Below, in pieces: positions 25,303 to 36,409 of a DNA stretch of 64,000 nt. Positions within the stretch are counted from its first letter, which is position 1, and every line of letters starts with the position of its first letter. Under the pieces are notes generated by a model that saw only the letters and a program-made list of their open reading frames with translations, was not told the DNA's origin and searched no databases. The position numbers were made by a program, and so were the translations under genes. The stretch comes from Azolla caroliniana (taxonomy: Eukaryota; Plantae; Polypodiophyta), in NCBI GenBank assembly GCA_043228905.1, contig JBHGNT010000003.1, positions 9,176,001 to 9,240,000 of the forward strand, read 5' to 3'.

Positions 25303-28300
25303 TTCGGGCTATTAAAGAGTGGGGCCGCAATAGCCCGAGGCAAACTAAGACCCTAAACCCTTGTAAAGCTATTAAATGTAATAGGAAACAATTTTGGTTC
25401 TCCGAAAATGGAGCTTGTAAAATTACTAGTTTAAGTGATAGAGATAAGTCTAGGGCCAAGAGATACGAAAGGTATCTCAAACAATGTAATTTATTGGGGG
25501 AAGATGACACCATAAGCGGCGCCATGGAGGCGGTCTCGTTCGACGACACTCTTAGAGAGATGGAGAGGGTAGTCGTTTCGGGCCTCAATGAAGATAAGGT
25601 AATTCCAGTAAACTCAATTGACATGTACACCGCCATCGAAGAGCTTGGGCGGTTGATTGAGGAAGCGAGGACGGTCAAGGTGCAAACAAAGTACAAGACC
25701 GTGGACAAGAAGGTGAAGCCTGTGGCTGCCCCATTGCCTAACGATAGTTGGGATCGGATAAAGGGGGTAGCGGCTGATCCTAGCTTGCAGGACCCACGAG
25801 GCATAGGGCACCGGTTCACCGATGAGACGCGACAGAAGCTCCGGATTGGTGGGGGTGGCTTCCTATTGCCTAGGGAGGAGGAAAGATTTAGAAGGATGAT
25901 CGAAAGCCACGGAAGGGCTTTCGCCTTCTCGTCGGGTGAGATAGGGTGTGTAAACCCTAAGATCGTGGAGCCAATGGTGATCTTTACGGTGCCGCATGTA
26001 CCATGGAACATCAAGCCAATCCCCGTTCCGAGAGCTCACATCCCGAAGTTGATTGAGCTACTCAAGGAAAAGATCGAGATGGGTATCCTTGAGCCATCAA
26101 GCGCCCCATACTCGAATCGGTGGTTCACTGTGCCAAAGAAGAATGGCACATTACGCTTCATCCAGGACCTACAACCTGTTAATCAAGTGACAATTCGAAA
26201 TGCCGGGGTCGGACCGAGCGTTGACGAATTCGCCGAGGCCTTCGCTGGAAGTTCTATTTATTCGATCGGTGATCTATATACTCGTGGTATGATCAATTCC
26301 AACTAGCTGTGGAGAGTAGGGACATCACAACGATGCAGACCCCTATCAGCCTAGTGCGAATGTGTACCTTGGTACAAGGAGGCACTAACTCTGTAGCCCA
26401 CATGGTAAATGCAATGAACAAGGTATTGAGAGATTGCATTCCCGACAATACCATGCCGTTCCTCGATGACATCCCCATAAAAAGGTGCTCTGAAGTGGAG
26501 AAAGATGAAACCTTGGACGAGGATGGGTGCAGACGTTTTGTGGCATATCACATCTCCGATTGCGAGAAGGTTCTACAAAGACTCGAAGATGCACGCTTGA
26601 CCTTCTTGGGTGAGAAATCGGCATTCGGCCAACCATAGATCCTTGTGGTGGGACACTTGTGTGGGGCGTACGGACGGAAGCCATCCCCAGCAAAGGTGGA
26701 TGCCATCATAGACATGAGGGAAGAATGTAAATCGCAAACAGAGGTGAGATGATTTCTTGGTGCCTGTGCATTCTACCACATCTGGATCCCGCACTATGCT
26801 CACCTAGCCGAGCCCTTGTATGGGCTACTCAAGAAGGGGCGGAAGTTCAAGTGGGAGGAAGAGCACACAGAGGCAATGAAGAGGCTCAAAGGAATGTTGG
26901 TAGCGGCACCAGCTTTACGAAAAGCCGTATACAAGGAAGGGGTGCCCATCTACGTGATGGTAGATACAAGTCCAACAGGGATTGGATGGGTCATCAACCA
27001 AGAAGGAGAGGATGGTACACGCTATGCCATCCGGTTCGGAGCCAAGGTCTTAAGCAAGCGACAACGAGGATACGCCCAAGTAAAACATGAGCTTTGGGGT
27101 ATTGTGTCCGCAGTGAAGGCGGATAAAGATTACCTTCCAATCCTAGGGATGGTTTCGGGGTGTGCAACACCTGACCTAGCTATGCTAAGATGGATTGCTT
27201 ACATCAAATCAATGAACCTGAAGATTCACCACATTTCAGGGAAGAACAATGCCATGGCAAGTATGCTATCGAGGGCAAGGTTCGAGGGTGAAAGCAACAT
27301 GGTGTCTAAAGATGAGGATGTCGCTCTTGACTTCTTTAAGACGGCCCAAGCATCTATAGATGATCGAGATGTGCGAGTGCTCCACGCCTTCAACGAAAGT
27401 GAATACGAAGGGGAGTGGCTACACATTGGCAAGTTCTTAAGCTCAATGACGGTGGATAGTTCATGATCAAAGGAGGAAGCACGAAGAGTCTGAAAGAAAG
27501 CGTACAAGTACTTCCTACGAAGGGGATTCCTTTGGAGGCACCCGAAGAGAAGGACGGGGATGCCACAACGAGTGGTCATAAAGGAAGAGGACCAGACAAC
27601 ATTGGTGCCTGAATTCCACGAGAGTCCTTGGGCGGGCCATAGAGGAACGTGGGCAACATTCGAGAAGTTAAAGGAGAAGTATTGGTGGTCGGGAATGTAC
27701 AAGGATGTCGCCCATTTCGTGGGGACGTGTAAAAGCTTCCAGATACACTCCAACATACGCCATAGGGACGAGTTGCACCCGACCTACCCACTCACCATAC
27801 ACTTCAAATGGATGGTGGATTTGGTTTCGATGCCGATGGGAGTGGGCCAAATGAAATATTTGGTGCTAGCAAGAGATGACCTAACAAACCAAGTAGAAGG
27901 GCAAGCCTTAGCAAACAAAATGACGGCAGGGGTGTGTAAATTCTTACTCGAGGATGTCATCTGCCAGTACGGATGTGTCGGAAAGATAGTGGCTGACAGA
28001 GGAGAGCTGAACGCTCACGAAGCTACAGAGCTCTTTGACCGACTTGGAGTGAAGCTCTCTCTCACGACCGCTTATAACCCGGAGGCTAATGGAAAGATAG
28101 AACGCGAACACAAGCTTATCGTAAAAGCCATTGTACAAGCTTGTGATGGGCGAGTCGGGAATTGGCCTCGGTTACTACCTTATGCCTTGTGGGCTGATAG
28201 AACAACTCATAGCTCAGTTACAGGTTTCATGCTAGCTGAACTCATGTATGGACAAAAGCCGGTGATGCCCATTGAAGACACAATCGCTTCATGGGTAGTG

Positions 28301-28767
28301 ATGCCGTGGGAAAATGAGATGAGTCGAGAAGAGCTTCTAGCCACAAGGATAAGGCAACCTGAGAGAAGACCCGAAGACATGGAGAGTTGGCAAAGGAGAG
28401 TTTAGAAGCGGCTAGGCTAAGTAACAAAGCCCGATTCGACAAGACACACCGACTACGCCCTCAAAAGATCGAAGAAGGAGACTAGGTGATTGTATATGAT
28501 AGTAGTCTCGACAATCAACATGGCTCGATGCAGAAATTTGCAAAGCGATGGTTCGGGCCGTACGTGGTAACGAGTGCAAACGATAATGCTACCTACCACC
28601 TCGTTGAATTCGATGGGACTAAGCTGGCAGTACCAATAGCTGGGAAGCGGGTCAAAATTTTCAAAAAGCGACACGACAAGGAGCCAAACCTTGATGACCT
28701 TGACGAAGATAAAGGCGAGCAAACAACAAGCCACAGGGTCAATGAGGAGGAGGAAATGAACTATTGA
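25299..28767 (+). pseudogene. Element C pol (RT-RH-INT), disrupted
   Basis: SAPYSNRWFTVPKKNGTLRFIQDLQPVN; PFLDDI; VDTSPTGIG; H..WAGH; AYNPEANG; WFGPY. Confidence 0.9.
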
Positions 28768-28850
28768 CCACCCTCAACCCGCCATTCTTGGCACATACCG
28801 GAGGATGTGCGGTTTGGTGGGGGTGGATGTTGTCAGATGTCCATGACAGA

Positions 28851-30728
28851 TGTCGTGATGCGGCGTGCTCGAGGGTGGGAAAAACTGGCGAAAGGGGGGT
28901 CAAAATGTGCATGTGCAATGTGTGTGCACACAAAGGCGATTAATTGTGCATATGCAAAATAAAAAGGAAAAGAAAGGGTGGAAAGGAGCATAGAAGACCG
29001 TGCAAAAAGTAAGAGAGAAGAGAGATAAAATGTAGAGGAGAGACAGGCTAAGAATTTATAGATATAGAATTATATATTGTATAGGAGAGAGTTAGTGGGC
29101 TAGTGGATAGTCACATTGAGTACTAGCTAGAGGTGCATGGTTGGAATCTAGTCTTACAATGCAACGTGATGTAAGGAATTTTATTCCTTTTTCATTGAAG
29201 ACAAAATTGGCCACCCCCCTTTCTTTTTTCCTATAAAAGGAGGTCGAGGGGGGCTCATTCGAGAGGACGTTTTGGGAGGAGGAGACTATCGCCAATTTTC
29301 CTTCGAAACTCTTCATCTTCTTATTCACCACTTCTCTTCATCTCATACCCCTTCATCCCCCCCATCGCCATGTGCTCGTCTTCTTTGCGTCGGCTCTCGA
29401 AGTGCTCGTGAGCCCAAGTTTCGTTGGTTCGACGTTGCTCCGCCCCGTTCGTCGTTGTGAGCCCGTGTGCTCGCCGTTCGGGAGGTTGTGGTTCATTAGG
29501 ATTGGCATTTTGGTGGTGCTCGTGTGTTCATCTTCGCCATTTTCGGATTTTCTTTTGTTTCTAAAGGCATTTAGTATTTATGTTTTGATTGAGCTTGTGG
29601 TTAACTATAAGTTGCCATTGTAAACAAAACCCAAAGGGTCGTCTTGCGTTGGAATCGAACACATATTTATCTCTTTGATCGATATCATTCGTGTTTCTTT
29701 CTCTCCTTCTTTCTTTATTCGTGTCTTCCTTGTACGTTTGGCCGTCTTGTGACGAGGGAGCGTTTCAGGCGTGCCCATGCACCTCTCCTTCTCATAAAGG
29801 CGTACGAGCATTTGTGTGTGTGTTTGTGTCTTCCATGTACGTTCGACGATCTTGTGACGAGGGGACCGTTCGGGCTTACCCATTCACCTCTCCTCATAAA
29901 GGCGTACGAGCATTTGTGTGTGTGTTTGTGTCTTCCGTGTACGTTCGGCCGTCTTGTGACGAGGGAACCGTTCGGGCTTGCCCATGCACCTCTCCTCCTC
30001 ATAAAGGCGTACGAACATTTGTGCGTGTGTTTGTGTCTTCCTTGTACGTTCGGCCGTCTTGTGACGAGGGGACCGTTCGGGCTTGCCCATCCAGCTCTCC
30101 TCCTCATAAAGGCGTACGAGCATTTGTGTGTGTGTTTGTGTCTTCCTTGTACGTTCGGCCGTCTTGTGACGAGGGAGCATTTCGGGTGTGCCCATGCACC
30201 TCTCCTCCTCATAAAGACGTACGAGAATTTGTGTGTGTTTGTGTGTGTCTTCCTTGTACGTTCGGCCGTCTTGTGACGAGGGACCGTTTCGGGCTTGCCC
30301 ATGCACCTCTCCTCCTCATAAAGGCGTACGAGCATTTTGTGCATGTGTTTGTGTCTTCCTTGTACGTTCGGTGATCTCGTGACGAGGGAGCGTTCGGGCT
30401 TTGCCCATGTACCTCTCCTCCTCATAAAGACGTATGGACATTTGTGTTTGTGTTATCGTCCCCTTGTGCGTTCATGTTGCGTGCTCATCTTGCTTGTACC
30501 CGTTTGGTCACTTGGCTCGTGCGGTGATCTCGAAAGGTCGACGAGTCGTGATCAACGAGAGCCACCGGCCTCATAAAAGAAAGGGTAACGAGACCTTGCT
30601 TGGGAAGGGGTCGGGAAGTAGTATTGTCGTAAAGCAAACCTCGGGTCTTCTCTATCCATTGAGTACTCCCTAGTCCAAGACCCCCATGGTCCCGCCCAAG
30701 TAACACACATGCGCGAAACTTCGCGACA
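28851..30728 (+). repeat. 3' LTR of element C, including a 7-unit tandem array (about 29721-30450)
   Basis: Direct repeat of the 5' LTR, followed by TSD ccgt. Confidence 0.92.
29096..29149 (+). promoter_or_regulatory. tRNA-like Pol III A box/B box in U3 of the C 3' LTR (5' LTR copy 10617-10658 has a 12-bp deletion)
   Basis: TGGGCTAGTGG, 32 nt, GGTTGGAATCT; the other LTR reads TCGAATCT. Confidence 0.5.
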
Positions 30729-30732
30729 CCGT

Positions 30733-32210
30733 CCTAGCCCAATCTTGGATTTGTCCTCCGCAACCTACTTTTACTCGTTTAACTTCTTTATTAGGCCCGT
30801 GGTTGCCTGTGCCTGCACCTCATATTCCAGGAATTTAGTTTGATAAGTGGTCTGAACTCTATTCAACACCATCTTTGCTCGTTTCGTCTCCTCATAATGC
30901 TGTTAGGTGAGCTCCATGTGGTCCCTTGCCGCTTCTTCCAGTGCCTTTGCCATGCTGACCGTCTTGGTTCATTCTTCCGCCAATGCCTCCGTCGTCCTGT
31001 TGACTTCCTTCCGGAGTTCCTCTAGCTTCTCCTGCTGCCGGTCACCTTTTGCCATCAACTTCTTGTGCTCCACATCCAAATACTTGTGATCCCGGTGCGG
31101 TCGTTCAAAATCCTCTATCTTCTGCTTCAGCTTTTGGTTTATTTGGCGTCGGGCGTGGTCTTCCTGGTCTTTCTGTTGTCAGAGTTCTTCTTTGAGCCGC
31201 TCAATTTTGGTTTCCGCCGATCACCGGAGCTTATCCTTCTCTTGTAGCAGCTTCTCCTTTTCTTCCTTCAACAGGTCATTTAATTGGCAGCTTTTCCGGA
31301 GATTTTCTTTGAGTCTTCGTTTCTCATCCTCCACTGCCTTCTTTTGCTCTCGTTCTCTAGCCCTCAAGGCCTCCTGGGCTTCTAACTCTTCCCTAAGAGT
31401 GGAGAGTTCTTGATCCCGTGTGATGCTTGTGTCCAGTGCTGTAGGAGCTACCAATGTGTTATTTATCTGCTCAATTACTGGCACCAACGGTTCTGGTCTT
31501 GTCGGGCCTTGACAGACCTGTCTGGCCGTGTTTACTTTGTCCTTCTCAATTTCTTCCTCCATGCTCTGGATCCTTGATCGGGCCTTCTCGAGTTCTTCGG
31601 TTGTGGCAAACAACCAATCCCATTGTGCTCTCTCTTCTGCTTCAATTTGGCTTACAACCTCAACTCCCAACTCTCCAATCCATTGCAGCCATTGACTGCC
31701 GGTGCCTTGTTGCCTTGCTGGTTCCAGTTGCGGTGTTGGCTCTGCTCTCGCCACAACCCCTGGTTGGATTGTTGTTTCTAGCGGCAACTCCTTTTCTTGC
31801 TGTGCCTGTCGACCCGGTGAGATTGGTACTTCCCTTGCCATTACTGGCCGATCAGGCTCTGTTTCCTTCGTTGGCTCTGGTTCCTCGGAGCGGGGTGTCG
31901 GTGTGTTGTCTTTTACCGGTCCCAATTTGTCCCCCTTCTGCTCTACATCGCTTCTCTTCCGGCGACGTAGGGGAGTGTCCACGGGTTCTTCCTCTGCCTC
32001 CTCCTCTTGGGTTCTCATGTTTATCCCTTGAGCCAAGTTAGGCGACTCTTGCTCTTGCCGGCGCAATTTGATTTTAAGAGGCCTAACCGGTTGCTCTACC
32101 GGTGCCTCCGTCTCCACCTGGCTCTTCTAACTGGGCTGCTCCTTCCCTTTATGTGATGAACCTCCCTCTGTCCAACTGAGCGTGTGCTTGGCAAGGAGTT
32201 GTTGCCGCTT
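30733..32210 (-). pseudogene. Element B extra ORF, central coiled-coil part
   Basis: PLKIKLR, ATTEELEKARSRIQSMEEEIEK and QEALRAREREQKKA are homologous to the H ORF. Confidence 0.85.
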
Positions 32211-32221
32211 CGCCAAAACTG

Positions 32222-32670
32222 TGTTGTCACCGGGCTGGACAAACTGCTAACACAGGGTGTCCCTTTAGAACACTTCACCAAAGGGGTGGTACGGTAAGGA
32301 ATATACAGACCGTAATACAGGACTGATCCTTCCCGTTCACTATCCGGTATGATTAACTTGATACATGTGTAGGATAATCACATTAAGCATAGAACGGTAT
32401 TAACAAGATACACAATATGTAAAGACACAACATCTCTCTATTAATTATCCGTCCTCAATTACATCATCTCCGGATCCTTTTATTGGTATCCGGTTGTGCT
32501 ACAAACCGGCAACCAGCTACGAACCGGTCCAGATCCGGATTGGCATACCGATTCTAGGTCCGTCTGTCCGATCTTATAATTATCATAACAATCTTATAAT
32601 TATCATAATTGGTCTAATTACAACTCCCAAAACCGACTCCCCTTTCATACTCTGGCCTAACCGGCCAACA
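32222..32670 (-). repeat. 5' LTR of element B
   Basis: Direct repeat of 9212-9626; followed on the minus strand by cagttttggcg (PBS stump). Confidence 0.88.
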
Positions 32671-32675
32671 AGCAG

Positions 32676-34860
32676 CACACCCTAGTCTTGGGAGAGGTGC
32701 TTCGATGGATCCAGAAATATAATCTGCAATTGCAATGGAAGAAATGTCAGTGTGGTGCGACATCGTTGAAGTTCTTGGGATTTATCATTTCAGCCACTGG
32801 CATTAGCATGGATCCTGCAAAAATCAAAGCCATAATAGATTATCCAACACCAGCTAACGTCAAAACATTACAAAGTTTCCTAGGACTAGTGAATTTTTCA
32901 TTACGGTTCATACCACAGTTGGCCACAGTCACTCAACCTCTTCGAATGCGTTTGAAGAAGGGAACCCAATTCACGTGGTCCACTGCCTGCATAAACAGTT
33001 TTAATGAAGTAAAAAAACTCATCAAGGATACAACCACATTAGCTTTTCCTGATTTTAGCCGGACATTCCGAGTGCAGATAGATGCGTCTAATGTAGGAAT
33101 AGGTGTTGTATTGTTACAACAAGACCACACAAATGAATGGCGACCAATTGCTTACATCAGCCGAGCACTCACAAACGCAGAACAAAATTACTCAACAACA
33201 GAGAAGGAATTGTTGGCAGTGGTCTGGGCCTTTCAGAAATTCCACCCCTATTTGCATGGTACCACAGTGCAAGTCGAGACAGACCATCAGCCACTCCTGT
33301 CTTTGATCAACAAAAGTCATCCACCAGGACGGCTACTTAGGTTGGCACTACAGGAATACAAATTTACCCTAACTTACCGCCGAGGCCTCACGAATATAGT
33401 CGCAGATTCGTTATCCCGAATGGAGCATCAAGCCTCCCAATTGAAGATACAAAAGGATGAGCCCCCAACTCACCCCCAGCAAATTGCGGAGCTACAACAA
33501 CAAGACCCTACTATTAAAGAGATTATCCTACAAACCGAAGAAGGTAGGCAAAGTCACATCCATCGTAATTTTATAATTATTAATAACATTTTACATTTTG
33601 TAAGCCAAGGTCAACCACCACGAGTCTACATACCAGAGGCTCTTCGTTCAAGCTATCTAGAGTTCTACCATAGTAGTCAACTCGCCGGGCACTTCGGATT
33701 CCACAAGTTGTTACATCGCATTCGATCCCTCTACTATTGGCCCAAGATCCGTCAATCCATCTCTCAATTCTTGAAAGCATGCCCAACATGTTAGTCAATG
33801 AAGGCTCCTCAAACAATCGTATGGGACATTACACCCCATAGAAGTTACCGAGCCCTTCAAGTTGTTACATCGCATTTGATCCCTCTACTATTGGCCCAAG
33901 ATCCGTCAATCCATCTCTCAATTCCTGAAAGCATGCCCAACATGTTAGTCAATGAAGGCTCCTCAAACAATCGTATGGGACATTACACCCCATAGAAGTT
34001 GCCGAGCCCTTCAAGTTGGTGGAATGGGACCTAATGGGCCCTTTCCCTACATCAATTCATGGCAATAAATACATTTTGGTAATAACTGAATACCTAACCC
34101 GCTGGTGTGAGGCAATTGCCCATGCACTACTTTAACGAGTTATTTATCCTCATGGTTGCCCGCGCCAACTGTTGTCGGACCAAGGATCACAGTTCCGTAG
34201 CGAGGTTATTCGCATACTTAGCCACAACTTGGGCATCACACAAATCTTCACATCGCCGTATTGTTCGCAGTCTAACGGGCTCACCGAACGCCTAAATCGA
34301 ACAATTAAACAAGTAATCTTAGCATATGTGGATCCATTACACCAATCATGGGATCAGGTTTTACCCTTTGTTGTCCATGCATACAATACCTCGATACAGG
34401 AATCTACTCGCATTAGCCCCTTTCGGGCATTGTATGGTCGCAATCCACGGCTGTCGCCAGACATACATGCCGTAAAAGTCCAACCTCACCGCACAGATGC
34501 AACCAAATGGTGGTTGCACCTCCAGATGCATTGGCCACTATTGTGACGTGCAATCCAACACAACCTGTGCATGGCCCAACAATGACAGAAAAAACATTTC
34601 GATGCTTCTCATACGCTGCTCGAGTTACAAGTAGGAGAAACAGTTCGAGTATACTACCCGATTTGCAAGCCCGGACTTTGTGAATCATTCATGCATAGAT
34701 GGTTAGGACCCTACATAGTTTTGGCACGCATCGGACCACAAACATATCGTTTGTGATGCACATCAAATTCTTCGGAGATAGTAGCTCACATATGCCGCAT
34801 GAAACGCATACCTATAGCTACCCTGGATGCAGGTGACGAGCGATCAACCAAGGATTAGAT
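32676..34860 (+). pseudogene. Element A pol, part 2 (RT end, RNase H, integrase)
   Basis: KFLGFII; QIDASNVGIG; NYSTTEKELLA; TDHQPL; H..AGH..CPTC; SDQGSQF; NGLTER; WLGPY. Confidence 0.92.
33704..34018 (+). repeat. 154-bp tandem duplication within the integrase of A
   Basis: 33704-33857 repeated at 33858-34011, bounded by CAAGTTG microhomology. Confidence 0.92.
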
Positions 34861-35093
34861 TAGAGATGCCCACGAGGTCGTTCCAGTTGACGATTCCCCT
34901 CTGGTTAGAGATGTGTGATTGCTAGGAAGAGGTCGTTCACCTCTGATTAGAAAGCCACAGTGAGGTCGCTCCTTTTGATTATGCAATAGAGTCTCTACAT
35001 TCATTGTAAACCCTGGGTTTTTACTTTTCAAAAAGGGGGGGAGAAAGAGGAGGGTTGGATAAACCCTAACACCCTTTTTCAAAAAGGGGGAAG

Positions 35094-35223
35094 TTTTAGG
35101 TAGTGAGGCAAGAATGGGTCTAGTTAGTTAGGTGTAGCGCCAAGATGTGAAAGTTGTACCTAACATGACTATAAATAGAAAGGAAGGATGTCCAATGAGG
35201 GATCCTTTTTGGTGTATGTCATA
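35094..35223 (+). repeat. 3' LTR of element A
   Basis: Diverged direct repeat of 6850-6990, followed by gtat. Confidence 0.85.
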
Positions 35224-35990
35224 GTATTAACTCACCTTTATAGTGTAAAAAAAGGGGAGTTTATGAACCTTTATTCTATTTTTTTATTTAAAAAAACGAA
35301 TATTTTTATATTTATTATAGAAATATATTATATGATTAGTGTGAAGTCCCATTTTTAATGTTAGATACAAATATCCATAAATTTTGGGAGAATAAAAGTG
35401 AGGAAATAATGAACCTTTGTTTTATTTTATTTATTTATTAGAAATAAAAGGAGAACTTTTACATTTATTATAAAAATTTATTAGCGTCAAGCCCATTTTT
35501 TATTGTCACCGTCCCTTTTTTCATATCTAAGAAACTAAAAAGGATTGACTTCATCTACTCTCTTTTTATTTTTATTTTTAAACGAATACTTGACCATGCA
35601 TTTGTATACATATTCGTTTGAATTCGAATGGGAATATGTCAATCTATGTGTATATGTATGAATGTATTGTATTCTATGTATGTATCTATGTATTCTATGT
35701 ATATGTATGCTTGTGTCTATTTGTACCCAAATCATAAAGAGGCCTAATGAGGGAATTGCAGCCACAAACAAAGCGTGCCAATAAAAAAGCTGCCAGTAGG
35801 CGCCTGATGTCTGACACCCTCTGTCACCCGACTCTCAGGATAGGCACTCGACTCAAATTAGTCGCCCGACTAAGTCATAGGTAGATGCCTGACTCCAATG
35901 TAGACATAAAAAACTACCCAAAATTGTAAGTCTTAAAATTTCTTTTGACATCCGGATCATACACCAATATGCATCATTTCCACCAAAATC

Positions 35991-36190
35991 TTCCAATTAC
36001 ACCGAACTTAAAACTTAAAATAACAAATCAACTTAACATAAACTGAAAAATTGAAAATATTCCAGTATATTCCAATTACACCGAACTTAAAACTTAAAAT
36101 AACAAATCAACATAAAACATAAAACTTCAAAAATTACACAAACTTAAAACTAAAAGCTTCAAATAACAAATAAACTTAAAGCTTAACAAT
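35991..36190. repeat. A-rich degenerate tandem repeats
   Basis: ttccaattacaccgaacttaaaacttaaaataacaaatcaac at 35991 and 36070, plus partial copies. Confidence 0.75.
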
Positions 36191-36409
36191 TTCCCGATCA
36201 CAAAATGTTCCATACATCACAAATTGCACAAAATTAAAGTCCTAAACCAAGATGATGAAAACTAAAGTCAAGATCATGGCTCTTGTGGGGATGATGACAA
36301 GCTACTGCCACACTTATTGTAGCAATTAGCACTTGAGTCCCTTGATGTCAAGCTCAAGCCATTGCAATGCAAGCATCGAACCTTCTCTGTCTCATATATT
36401 GGCAACCGC

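Larger units (their letters stand above)
10372..30728 (+). mobile_element. Element C: tRNA-Trp-primed non-chromovirus Ty3/gypsy (Phygy-like) with about 1.9-2.0 kb LTRs
   Basis: LTRs 10372-12351 and 28851-30728 (TGTCGTGA...TCGCGACA); 4-bp TSD ccgt; PBS TGGTGAACCCGACGAGAA 12357-12374; PPT ggtgggggtgga 28816-28827. Confidence 0.92.
9212..32670 (-). mobile_element. Element B: internally deleted Athila/Tat-like element retaining only the 3' extra ORF, inserted in the RT of A
   Basis: LTRs 9212-9626 (3') and 32222-32670 (5'); degenerate TSD gacag/agcag; host RT frame rejoins as DWRQ|HTLVLGEVL; LTRs and ORF are homologous to element H. Confidence 0.85.
6850..35223 (+). mobile_element. Element A: Ty3/gypsy LTR retrotransposon with very short LTRs, interrupted at 9211/32671 by nested elements
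   Basis: LTRs 6850-6990 and 35094-35223; 4-bp TSD gtat; PBS TGGTGGAGAT (tRNA-Ala-like) 6992-7001; PPT aaaaagggggaag; order gag-PR-RT-RH-INT. Confidence 0.9.

Noticed and set aside
35595-35715. Inverted-repeat partner of 6517-6613 (MITE split by element A)
   Set aside because: Similarity is limited to low-complexity TATG/CATA sequence; no clear terminal inverted repeat or TSD.
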